From: Octopus bimaculoides
Lineage: Eukaryota
Direction of reading: 5' to 3'
Assembly (NCBI RefSeq): GCF_001194135.2
Contig: NC_069004.1
Location: forward strand, 1,827,398-1,891,397
Length of the DNA stretch: 64,000 nucleotides
In this document: in pieces, positions 1 to 12,776 of the stretch
How the letters are laid out: the number at the start of each line of letters is the position of its first letter
Position numbering within the stretch: position 1 is the first letter of the stretch
The notes under the pieces: generated by a model
The model's database searches: none
What the model was told of the DNA's origin: nothing
Seen by the model: the letters and a program-made list of their open reading frames with translations, nothing else
Program-made: the position numbers and the translations under genes

Positions 1-824
1 CTCGTAGAATAAGTACCAGATATATAAAATAAGGGATCTTTTCCCTTTCAACGGCAGATCGAGAAATTAATTTTTTGTAACCAAACACTTTCAAACTTCG
101 AACACTCGACTGAACCGTCTATGGTGATGGCCGCAGACCAATGTCAAACAGACGGATATAAGAATCACCGAGATAACTTTGTAGACCCTGGAAATTTGCT
201 TGCTCCCACCACAAGTAGTCATTGTTTTTTTATCTATTTTATCTTATCAAAGAATTAACGAGACATTGCAAACCGTTTTTGTTTCTGTCAGTTTGAATAG
301 AGACAAACAACAGTGACTCAAGTGTTTCAGGCTTTTGAGAAGAAAATTTAAGTAGCAATTAAAACAAAAACCGCCACGTAATAAAATGTACGTAATTAGA
401 CAATGAAATTGCTTTTCATCGTGAAATTCTGAGTTTGGTGCATTTGAGTACGGCTCATTTCATTTGTTTTCTCTCACGCAAGAAAATATTTTTTAATAAA
501 AATATAGTAATTTAGGACGCTAAACAAAGATTGCCAGTCATTGCGCGCGCGTGGGCTTTGTCTTGTTCCAGTCATTGGACCGTGGCTACGATTTGTACGG
601 TTTAACCGAATAAATCCTTCCCCAGTTTCGGGCTCTAACGACGGTTGTCAAGCGGTGGTGGGGTTGGTTCTAAGATACACACAAGACTAGTTTCTTTCAG
701 TTTCCGTCTGCCAATTCCCCTCACAATGCTTTGCTAGGTCTGGACCTATAGCAGAAGACACTTCCAAGTTGCCATGCAGTGCGGAAGCAAACATCTTACC
801 AGACAGCCACGCCTGCGTCTTATA

Positions 825-951
825 CACTGTGTCCACAAAGTCAGGCTACATGGAGTAAATAAAATCATAACATAAACAATTAAATATAAGAAATAATAAT
901 TTCTTAAAGTATGTGTTAATCCCCATGTACCCAGACTTTGTGGACACCCTG
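825..951. mobile_element. Tc1/mariner-type MITE, 127 bp, TA target duplication
   Basis: Left end CACTGTGTCCACAAAGTCAGGCTACATGG; right-end reverse complement CAGGGTGTCCACAAAGTCTGGGTACATGG; TA at 823-824 and 952-953. Confidence 0.8.
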
Positions 952-2035
952 TACATATATATATGACATAACTACAGAAGTGTGTCTTCTCCCAATGAAA
1001 ATTTATGTGAGAGGTGGGGAAATTTGAAAAACGAAATGAATAATGGCTCTGATCACCGGTACTTGTTAAACGCATATTTTTTGGTACTGAAATTTTCCGG
1101 AAATAGCTTATATATATATATAATAGTTGTTTTGTCCCGCCGTTTTATAAGCGGTCTTATAAATATGTCCGTCATTGCGTCATTTGGTTTATATGTTCAA
1201 CATTGCTTGGTGACCCTTTTCTTCGTTTTCTTATATTAACCTAATACAAATGGGAAGTTCAGAACGTTTGCGTGTGTCTAAATATATACATATTGTAACA
1301 ATTACATCCACCTGAGTGACAAGTATATTGCCACACCCGACCTGTGTTAGGACGATTGTTAATCTCGAGTTCGGTTTGTGAATGTCATATTTGGTTCAGT
1401 GGAATTTGTAAAGCTTCCAAATACAAGAGAAATGTGCCGTGCATCATAAATACTATTGTGGGCACACATATATAGATATAACAGTAATTTTCAAATACTG
1501 GCATATCCCAACTCATGTCGTTTCAAATTAAGTCGTTTTTATTTATTTATTTTTTTTTTAAGAAATCAACTTCAGTCTGTTTCATCCGATTTTGCGTAGG
1601 TCTCGGCGAAGATATTCAAAAACACAAATTAATTCTGAATCAAAATGAAAATAGGTACGAACTATCTTTTAAAACACGAATATACTAATAGTTAAAATTT
1701 TTCTTTTTCTTTTTTTTTTTTCATGTTACATCGTTTTTCGAATTCCGTATCGCGTCTTAGAACGAATGACCGGCTTAAGTTGAGGAATGCCTGTTGTGTG
1801 TGTATTCCGGTACCGATGGTTTTTATGACCCGGCGTTAGGTTAGTGTTGTGTCTCCTACCAAGACGCTCGTTATGAAATCTAATTAATACACGATTGAAT
1901 GGAAAACAAGCTTAATTCTATGTTTAATCAATAACAATAAAGAGACTGGAATACAAGTTACAGAATAATTAAATGAAGGCAACTTTAGCACTTGTCGGTA
2001 GCCTACCACACAACCCACGCTGCGCCTATACATAT

Positions 2036-2076
<41 letters not shown>

Positions 2077-2959
2077 TGCAGCGTGGTCTGTGTGGTAAGG
2101 AAGATTATTGTGGGTCATAGAGGAGGAGGAGGGGTAGTGCATACATAATAAAAAAACACTACAAATATCTTTTTTTTTACATAGAATAGGTGTCATTTAG
2201 ACCACACTCGGAGCAAAAAAAAAAGTGGGTGGGATCGTCTAATTGTAATCTAATTGTTTTCTGATTTTGGGCAATTTTGCAACATGCGGATTGGGAAATG
2301 CTTGTTCTCTTTGCTACGTAACACATCTTAGTTTGAGAACACAGATACAGGAAGCCACTTTTAATATGGTTAAGTGTTTCAACTAAAAATACTCTTTAGA
2401 GATGTTTTTGTCCTCAAATGTCGAATAGTAAAGTGCATATTACATTGCACTTAGCCTTTTTTAGCTTGTTTCTGGCTACAGGGCATCACAAAATGCATAA
2501 TCCTCCTTAATATTAGCAAAAGATTTAGTTTCATTAACTTCTATAGGCACAGGCATGGTCGTGTAGTTAAGAAGCTCACTTTGCAGCCATGTGGTATGGG
2601 GTTCAGTCCTACTGTGCAGCACCTGGGGCAAGTGTCTTCTACACTTAGTCTCGGTCTGACCAATGCCTTGTGAGTGAATTTGGTAGAAGGAAAGTGTGTG
2701 TGTGTGTGTCCATCTTACCTCAACCACTGTTGGTTTGTTTCTGTCCCCATAACTAAGTTTGGCAAAATTACCAGACTTACAAAAAAAAAAAAAAAATGAC
2801 AGGATTGATTTGCTTGACTAAAACTCTTCAAAGTGGTGCTTCAGCATGGCAGCAATCCAAGGATTGAAACAAGTAAAGGGATAAGGTACTGAAACCGTGT
2901 GTGTGTGTGCGAGAGAGAGAGAGAGAGAGAGAAAGAAACCTCATGGAAAAATGAGTGTT

Positions 2960-3480
2960 TCAGCACAGCATCTCACCACATGTAGCAGTTATGTTATCCC
3001 CTTCATGAGACTCAGCATCCTGAGATTGGCCTTTATTGCTCTCTACCCACTCCATGTCTTCCTTGGTCATCTTCTTCCACAGACTCCTTTTAATTAGATT
3101 GCTTGGCACGTTTCACCCAACTCTCATCTTTTGTATTAATCTTTCTCTTCTACATCCGATTCTTCTAATGCTTCTTTCCCCGCCCTCCCTTTTTCTTCCA
3201 TTTCATCTCAGATCCCCTGTACTGCATTGTTCATCTACACTCATATTACACATCCAATGGAACAGTTTTGCCTTATTTCTCTCCAGCTTTTTCACATACT
3301 CCTCCATTCAATGCCCTTTTCGTGCTATCGTACTTCACACACAAATATTCTACAATCAAAAGAGAAGCCCCTTGTTGTCCATAGAAGTAATAGCTCTCCA
3401 AATTTTTCCACCCTTTTTTCACCATTATTGATGCCAACCTGTCTTAGACTGCTCCTGGTTCTCTATGATACAAGCTTCCC
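2960..3480 (-). mobile_element. Degenerate RTE-clade LINE, 3' ORF relic
   Basis: Minus-strand peptides GWKKFGELL, KLERNKAKLFHWMCNMSV and PRKTW...IKANLRMLSL, with stops and frameshifts. Confidence 0.75.
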
Positions 3481-4329
3481 ATTTTAAAGTGATCTCAACA
3501 CCATCTATCACAATTTCATGTAAATTCATGTTCCAAACACCAGTCTTAATAATGAGTCATTTCACTAAATTCTTTATTAGTTTCAAATTTAAATGACACA
3601 ATGACAGAGATATAGTAGCAAAAAGGTTAAAGTGATCTAAATTTTAAAAACCATCCATCAACATTTTGTGTTAATTTATGTTCTGAACTCAAAGCTTAAC
3701 AATAACAAAAGCTGAGCATTCCAACAAATTTGAAAACAAAAGGGTTAAAGAGAAGGTCTTTGTTCTCAAAAGAATAACTCTCTGGATTTTGCCCACTCTT
3801 CTTTAAATGAGGTCAATTATACTTTTGCAAGACCTAGTGTCCAATGTCACTCACCGTTGATGTGTCGACTGTTAGACTCATAGATTCAGCTACAAAGACC
3901 TTACTCTCTCTCTAGGCACTAACTTGAAAACTATAATTTTTGACTATATAAAGTTAAGAACCTGAGAAACTTTACCCAAATGTAGTAGGTGCCAAGTGAA
4001 GGTTGATGTGTGCCTATGTATACCAAACAATGAGTCCATTAATCCTCTTGTGAAATGGAAAAAAAAGAAGTTAAGATTTGCTGCAAACAAAGACTAAGAA
4101 AACACTTGTAAGCAGTTTTTGTTATATTTTCTATTAAGTTGGGTTTTTTTTTCTTTTGTCAATCTTAAAGTGACATGCTCTTATAGAATTACAAATATTG
4201 TACTTTTGCATAATCTGTTGTCTTTTTACTTAATCCATCAACCTACTTGAGATCTCACTGCACCTTTTGTGCATGCATAGTTTATATTTGATACACAGTA
4301 TAGAATTTTTACTCGGCTAACTTTCTTCA

Positions 4330-4720
4330 TAGAGAATATAGGTTGGAAGTCTACCTCCTCTGTTTTCCATTTTTGTTAACTAAGACTTGTAAACTTTTTT
4401 AAGTTGGCCTTTTAAACCTCTCGATTCTGGACTCTATTTGCACATTCAGAACTTTACCTCTGATTCTTGGATTAATTCTTGAATGAGAACTATGTTGTCA
4501 ACATGCAGGCTTTCCCAGCCACAGAACTGTCGGTTTTCAGCTCTTTTTGTGTCCAACTACCTGCTAAATTCCTCACATTGCTAACACTACCCTTGTACAT
4601 AGCATTTGCAAGCCATTCACCTCCACTCTTTCTTTGCAACTATCATACATAGAGCAGTACTGTATCAAATTCCTTCTCCAGGTGAATGAATCGGTATAGT
4701 GGCTGACAACTTTCCCAACC
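4330..4720 (-). mobile_element. Degenerate RTE-clade reverse-transcriptase relic
   Basis: LEKEFDTV...EWLANAMYKGSVSNVR resembles DLEKAFDRVP...EWLV..MY; highly decayed. Confidence 0.55.
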
Positions 4721-5060
4721 TAGCACAAATCTTGCATTTCATCTAAACCAATTCTCTTCTTAATTAGCTGTTCTATAACTCTGTCACTTTCATAACTTGG
4801 TACACTCACTCGATGATGTAGTTGCTTCTTTCTAGAGCAGCATCTCTGCCCTTGTACTCTGTATGAATTGGATGAAGTCTATTGAGACTGATATTCTACG
4901 ATTGGATACTCTTCCTGTCAACAAGTCTCACCTGTTTCCAAACAAGGTAATACTTCCTAATGGCTAAACAATTTCATGGGATATTGCGTATCAGCAACAT
5001 TTATTTACACACTAGCACGTTATCTCTTCACCATCGTTCTGAACGTACGAGGGCAAGGAA

Positions 5061-5250
5061 AAAGAATTGGGATTCAAACTGCATAGGCCAAGCAGTAGAC
5101 AGCATCAAGCCATAACATTAACTGACCTAGACTATGCTGATGTCCTGGCATTACTAACAGAGAGGACAGATCAGGCACAGGAGGAGGTGCTGAGCAGATT
5201 AGAGCAGGAATCGGGGGACGGCAGGACTCTACCGTAACGCAAAGATCTAC
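5061..5250 (+). mobile_element. Non-LTR retrotransposon RT fragment (RTE/RTE-X-like)
   Basis: KELGFKLHRPSSRQHQAITLTDLDYADVLALLTERTDQAQE..LSRLEQES, then frameshifted AGLYRNAK; degenerate YADD motif. Confidence 0.8.
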
Positions 5251-6052
5251 CATATCCACTCCCAAAGCTATGGTTAGTCCAGGGCTATAGAAGACACTTG
5301 CCTCAAGTGCCATGTAGTGAGACTGAACCCCAAAACCGGCAGTTAGGAAACAAACTCCCTAATCACATAGCCATACCTATGTGTATGTGTGTAATCAGTG
5401 AAACTAATATCCTTTGGTTTTGATGTTGTAGAACTGGACATCTATAATAATGACAAAGTATTCCTTAATATTTGAGGTGGTTTATTCCAAGAGCCATTTG
5501 CTAAGTGGTCATTATGACTCGTCCTTGTTTTAACACATTTTTCCATTGTGGTGTGATTGTCTAAATCATTTATCAACTTCCATGCGAGTCCAGTCACCTG
5601 AAATCTTATCTTGACTTTTCTCCACAACAACAACGAATGCAGGAATTTTGTGCATTATGAAAAATAATGATGATATGCAAAAATATGACCATAGCCTATT
5701 TAATTCTGTCCAACTTTGAAACGGAAATTTGAACTAATTAACTCTGATGTTCATTCTTCTTCTTAGTGACAGTGTTTTTGTTTTTCTTCTTCTTCCAACG
5801 ATAAACTGTTCTGAAGATCTAATGTTTCAGCAAGATGGGTTTGAATAATTACGAGTTAATTACTCTCCAACCCATACAAGCACGGAAAAGTTTGACATTA
5901 AAATGATGATGATGATGATGATGATTATGATCCAGAGAACCATGTCACACTTCAGCCTCACTTGTTACATGTATTGAATTTTTGTTTTGTCTGTGGAAAC
6001 ATTAAGAATGCTTGCTTTGCAACCACATTTCTCCTTACTCTAAATAGAGTGA

Positions 6053-6400
6053 AGGCATATGGCTCAGTGGTTAGAGCATCGAGATTACAATCATGAGGTA
6101 GTGAGTTCGATTCCCAGACTGGACTGCGTGTTGTGTTCTTGAGCAAGACACTTTATTTCACGTTGCTCCAGTTCACTCAGCTGTAGAAATGAATTGCAGC
6201 ATCACTGGTGCCAAGCTGTATCGGCCCCTTTGCCTTTTCGTTGGATAACATCGGTGGCATGGAGCGGGGAGGCTGGTATGCATGGGCGACTGTTGGCCTT
6301 CCAGAAAAACAAGGTTGTGCATTTGCCGATGAGGCGACTTTCTGCCCAGACTTATGCCCCGGAGGGGAATCTCTTAGGTGCAGCCATGAGTAAAAGATAA
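6053..6400 (+). mobile_element. tRNA-derived SINE family A (representative copy)
   Basis: A-box TGGCTCAGTGG, B-box GTTCGATTCC, core TTGAGCAAGACACTTTATTTCACGTTGCTCCAG. Other copies at about 7455-7680, 9110-9240(-), 10768-11100, 14780-14920(-), 16690-16990, 21112-21370, 22665-22975, 36485-36720, 51910-52080, 54310-54440(-), 62410-62550(-). Confidence 0.85.
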
Positions 6401-7688
6401 TGTCAAAGCCGAAGTATTCTTTAACCCAGGACGTTTTTCATATTCTCTGACTTTATAGACAGACCAATACTGTTGTGTAAATATGACATTCCTTTTTAAT
6501 GAAATGTTCAACTTCATTATATTTTGCCAGTGAGTTTTCTGTATTTTTTTTTTTTTTTGTTTCATTTCTCTTCTAAACATTGTACATACAAAGGAGTTGA
6601 TTATATATTCAGAAATCTAGATGTCATGCAAGCTACATATCTCATATTCACAACAGAATGTAGCCAATGTGTTTAGCTATTCTGTGTCTGACTAGGTTTC
6701 TTGTTGTGTAAGAGATATGTATCGGTTAAGATGTCTGACTGTCATAATGTTAAGGTGTAATGACTGAGAGATTCACAACATATATGAGTTAAGGCTTATA
6801 GTGTGTTTAGGAAATTGCATTATCTTCGTTCATTTTATATCTGGTTTTCCATGCTAGCATGGGTCGAACACAGACTTATTTGAGGCAGTATTTTCCAACT
6901 GGATGACATAGATACAGTTAAGGTGGTTGGTGTAGCTAAGAAGCTTCCCTACCATGTGCTCTCCAGTTCGGTCACACTGTGCAGCACCATAGGTAAGTGT
7001 CCTCTATTATAGCCCCAGGCCAACCAAAGCCTTGTGAGTGGATTTGGTTTGCAGAAACCCAAAGTAATGTATGTGTGTTGTCTTGGCATGTGATGGTTGT
7101 AAACAAGCACCATCATCGTACAAATGATGTTTTATTTCCAGTTGTCCTTAAAAAATCGTGTCTGGCTTTGAAGAAATGTTAGCTTGCTCAGAAAGGGTTT
7201 CTAGCCATAGAAAATCTCCCTCAACAAATTCCATCTGAGCCATGCAAGCATGGAAAAGGGGACATTAAAAAATGACAATGATGCCCTTCCTAATACCAAC
7301 CCTTGATTTTCGAGTAAGGGATTTTTTTATTCTTCAAATGCACAAAGGTGGAACATATGGCCTTCAAGGAATGTAATCACATCACCATTTCTTTCAGCCA
7401 GTGACAAGCAAAAACAGGTTAACATTTTCACACACACACACACACGTGTGTGGCTTGGTTAGGGTATTGGACTCGTGATCGTAAGATTGAGGTTTCAATT
7501 CCTGGACCAGGCGATGCTTTGTGTTCTTGAGCAAAATACTTCATTTCATGCTGCTCCAGTCCACTCAGCTTGCAAAAAGGAGTCTCTCCCTGTGATGGAC
7601 CAGCGTCCCTTCCAGTAGGGAATTTATATGCCACTGAAACCAGGAAACTGGCCCTTATGAATCTGGCATGGCTCGAGAAGGAAGCATT

Positions 7689-7726
<38 letters not shown>

Positions 7727-10229
7727 ACACACTATAGGCTTCCATAAAGTTTGTATCAGATCCACTCCTCAGAAGGCTTTGGTTGGCCTGTGACTTTAGA
7801 AGATAACACTTAGCCAGAGTGTCACACAGTGAAACCCTGCGATTATGAAACAAACTTCTCACCTATACAAACTACCTGTGTATACAGCATTGCCTGCACC
7901 TAATTTTGTTGAATAGAAATTTCACTTACATCCCATCAGCCATTGTTCGGTGAAGGTAGGTCAAGCCTATCTAGTCCAGATGATATACTGTGTCACATTC
8001 ACAGCTTCGTGATTGTCAGTTAAATCTTGTTGGTCCACTTTACATCGTTATGATTAAGAAATAAAATGCCAGAGTTGACTCGAGTCAGTGCAAGTTTGTC
8101 GGTGAAGAATGAATTAGTCAACAGCGTTATTTAATGTAAATATCTTATTTGTGTCAATAATTCAACCAGTGATCGGTGAGTGGGTCAAAATGAAATAACA
8201 CGTCATAACTGCACCTGAGGAGTGGCTGATATACAATTTGGAGACGGTGTTTCAATTTCTATGGTGGCTGTGCTTTAAAACCACCGAAGTTTGCTTGCTA
8301 ATCACAAGGTTTCAGGTTCAGTTTCCACTGCATGGTACATTAGGCAAGTGTTTTGTGTTATAACCCTAGGCCAACCAAAGCCTTGTGTGTGGATTTGGTA
8401 TATTGAAACAGCAGCTAGCCCTTCACCTGTGTGTGTGTGTGTCTCTTCACTGCTTGTCAACTGTCCCCATAACTTAGCGATTCGACAAAATAAACACCTG
8501 ACTTTTCTAAAACCAAAACTCCTGAGGTTGATTTGTTTGACTTAAAGGTAATGCTCCAGCATGGCTGTAGTCCAATGACTGAAACCAATAAATAGTAAAA
8601 AAAAAATTTTAATCATTTTTGTTTGTATTGCAAGCAATACGAATAGTGTTTTGTTGCCAGTAAACAGAAGAACGTGACTAATGTGCTAAAGACCAGTAAA
8701 ATTTCATTATAAATCCTCAACTTAGGGAATTTCCATAAAAATTTAATGTTAATGCACAACCCTACACAAATATCTACAAAGGGCAAATGCTGGATTGACT
8801 GTGAAAAGAGCACATTGTTTGCTACTGTACAAAAGTAGCTTCTATTTATAATTGCTGAGAGGTTCTTTTTGTGTTTGTTTTTGTTTGTTTTTTTTCACTT
8901 TTACAAAGAATGATCATGAAACACTATTTAGCGGAGGGGGGGGGCACTGAGCTTTAAAACTACTGGTCTTGATACACGACACCTCTTCTTAGATGTGGGG
9001 TCAGGCTCCCTAACTTTTAGGCCATGCACCTCCACATGGTGTACAAGGGACAGATTACACACACATTGAACAGGATGCCAGTCCATTGTAGGGTTAACTT
9101 CTCACAGCTATTGGTGGAAGTGAACCCAAGTGATGTGAAATGAAGTGTTTTGCTCAAGAACACGGTGCACCACCCAGGCCAAGTATCAAAACTACAATTT
9201 TATGATTGTAGGTGCAACACACTATCCTCTGAGCCACAGGCTTTCATGTCCTGCTCATCTGATGGTTGTTAATTTATTTTGATATTGCATTTTGTGAACA
9301 ATAATGTAATTAGTTGCAGGTTTTCAGTGAGCCAGTCACAAGTTCACTTCGTTTCTATAGCGGAGGCAAGAACCGGAGACATAAAGGTTGCAGACGACCT
9401 TCTGAAATTAATAATGACTAATTGAGAGCCATTATTGAAGTGAACTCGTACAAAACAAATTACAGAGGTTGCATGAAAGCACAATCAAATGCTTGCTCTC
9501 CTCTCTCTCTCTCTCTCTCTTTTCTTTCTTATTCTTTTCTGGTTTTGGTCATTGGACTGTGGCTATGCTGGAATACCACTTTGAAGGTTCTAGGCAATTA
9601 AATCAAGCCCCAGTACTTATTTCCAAGTCGGGTGCTTTTTCTATCAGTCACCATTTACTGAATGGCTAAGTTACATAGTGTCAAGCAGTAACATACACAC
9701 AACAGTATGACGGGCTTCTGCACAGTTTTGTCTTGTAAATTTGCTCACCAAGGCATTGGTCAGCCTGGAGCTTTTGTCGATGACACCTAAGATGCTGTTG
9801 CTGCTCAAGGATGGAACCCAAAACTACAAGGTTATGAATCAAACCTTTTCACCACACGTCTCCACTCACAAGGTCAACCTTTGTCTAGGTTAGAAGACAC
9901 ATGCAGTGACTTCACACCCAGAACCTTACCTGCACCTCTTGCCTCACCAAAAGAACATCTCTGCTACTGCTAAGTCAGTCTTATCTTTCAAATCTTAATC
10001 CACCTTAGATCAACCTCTTTGAATGACAGCTACAATAATTTCCTTAGTAGATTGCAACTAATAAATGCAGCTGGCATATTAGTTTCCTGCCCACCACCAC
10101 CCTCCAGCTTCATTTTTGGTAGAGTTAGCAAAGATTCTCATCCTGTTCGTTGAGCGACTGATTAGAAGACTTTGTTGCCAGTAAATTTTATTAGAGTACA
10201 AGGACAAGATGGTTGGGTAATATTCTGTT

Positions 10230-10420
10230 GATTGTGTTTGAGAATCGATGCATTTAGCCTGACGAGGATCAGTAATGAGTTCAGCAACATATCTGGGATG
10301 CAAGTAGGGGTCCATAATGATTCATTTCTCAGCCCCGTGCAGTTCATTCTAGTCCTCCCGGTCCATCCCTCATACGGAACTCTTGTATGCTGATGACCTT
10401 GTCCTTTTTGAAGAGGAAAA
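10230..10420 (+). mobile_element. RTE-clade RT fragment
   Basis: VGVHNDSFLSPVQFILVL...ELLYADDLVL. Confidence 0.8.
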
Positions 10421-11191
10421 ATCAAAACTGAGATTTAAGTAATATACCTTTGTAATTATGCATTTGTGTGAATGATTACTTTATTAAACATTACATCAAC
10501 ATTCTGACATACTTCATTATAATACTATTCTAAAACTAAATGGCAGCAAATGTCATAATGTCCCCCCCCTTTTTTTTTTTCTTACATTCCTATGAAAATC
10601 CTACTAGAAATAATTTACCATATTTGCTTGTGCTCTAGTCACATCCCTAATTTAGTGTTTGCTCCTTAATTTGATACACATTGTTTACATTTCTTAGTTT
10701 TAGCTTTGCCCTATGTATGTGACACAGCCCATTTATACTTTATTTCATCTCTGTTGGGGTTTATAATGAAGGCGCATGGCTGAGTGGTTAGAGCATTGAG
10801 CTTACAATTGTGAGGTCGTGAGTTTGATTCCCAGACCAGGCTGTTTGTTGTGCTCTTGAGCAAGACACTCTATTTCACATTGTTCCAGTTCATTCAGCTG
10901 TAGAAATGAAATGTCACTGGTGCCAAGCTGTATCGGCTCCTTTGCCTTGGACAACATTGGTGACATGGAGAGGTGAGGCTGGTATGCATGGGTGGCTGCA
11001 AGTCTTTCACAAACAACCTTGCCTAGACTTGTGCTTCAGAGGGGAACTTTCTAGGTGCCATCCGCTGGTCATTCATGACTGAAGGGTGTCTTTATCCAAT
11101 GTTTATAAAATAAATACCTGTCATATAATACACCTTTTTTTTCCTTTTTTATATCTTTATCATTAATTTTGTGCTAATAAAAGATATCTAA

Positions 11192-11593
<402 letters not shown>

Positions 11594-11982
11594 GAAAAAT
11601 GAATTGAAACACAAAAAAAAGAAAAAAAAAACCTGGTTTATTTTATTTTCTGTTTGTTTTTCTGTTCATGTTTTTTTTCTGTCTTTTTTAAAAAAAAACC
11701 AAAAACTTTCCTCTCCTATTGTTGAGTAGCTTTGTGCCTCTGGAATTTATCAATAACAGCCCCTTTTTTTTAGTGAGGGCTCATGTTTCTAGAATGGTAT
11801 CAGTATTTCTCTAGTGGAGCCTTTTATCTCACCACACACACACACACTCTCTCTCTCCTCGTCCTCTTCTCCTTCTTTTCCTCACCCCATCTCTCTCTCT
11901 CTTTTCCCTTTCTTCTTCACAATGATATCAGTATTTCCTATTGTGGGGCCTCGTCCTTTTCTCTGGAAGGAATTAATTTTTC

Positions 11983-12743
11983 NNNNNNNNNNNNNNNNNN
12001 NNNNNNNNNNNNNNNNNNNNNNNNNNNNNNNNNNNNNNNNNNNNNNNNNNNNNNNNNNNNNNNNNNNNNNNNNNNNNNNNNNNNNNNNNNNNNNNNNNNN
12101 NNNNNNNNNNNNNNNNNNNNNNNNNNNNNNNNNNNNNNNNNNNNNNNNNNNNNNNNNNNNNNNNNNNNNNNNNNNNNNNNNNNNNNNNNNNNNNNNNNNN
12201 NNNNNNNNNNNNNNNNNNNNNNNNNNNNNNNNNNNNNNNNNNNNNNNNNNNNNNNNNNNNNNNNNNNNNNNNNNNNNNNNNNNNNNNNNNNNNNNNNNNN
12301 NNNNNNNNNNNNNNNNNNNNNNNNNNNNNNNNNNNNNNNNNNNNNNNNNNNNNNNNNNNNNNNNNNNNNNNNNNNNNNNNNNNNNNNNNNNNNNNNNNNN
12401 NNNNNNNNNNNNNNNNNNNNNNNNNNNNNNNNNNNNNNNNNNNNNNNNNNNNNNNNNNNNNNNNNNNNNNNNNNNNNNNNNNNNNNNNNNNNNNNNNNNN
12501 NNNNNNNNNNNNNNNNNNNNNNNNNNNNNNNNNNNNNNNNNNNNNNNNNNNNNNNNNNNNNNNNNNNNNNNNNNNNNNNNNNNNNNNNNNNNNNNNNNNN
12601 NNNNNNNNNNNNNNNNNNNNNNNNNNNNNNNNNNNNNNNNNNNNNNNNNNNNNNNNNNNNNNNNNNNNNNNNNNNNNNNNNNNNNNNNNNNNNNNNNNNN
12701 NNNNNNNNNNNNNNNNNNNNNNNNNNNNNNNNNNNNNNNNNNN
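11983..12743. other. Assembly gap. Other gaps: 18191-18349, 39311-39831, 40548-40604, 47618-47951, 57597-57775, 60436-60445
   Basis: Runs of N, several flanked by (TA)n or (TC)n microsatellites. Confidence 0.99.

Positions 12744-12776
<33 letters not shown>

Noticed and set aside
6053-6130. tRNA-like A/B-box sequences
   Set aside because: They lack acceptor-stem pairing and continue into shared SINE cores, so they are SINE heads rather than tRNA genes.
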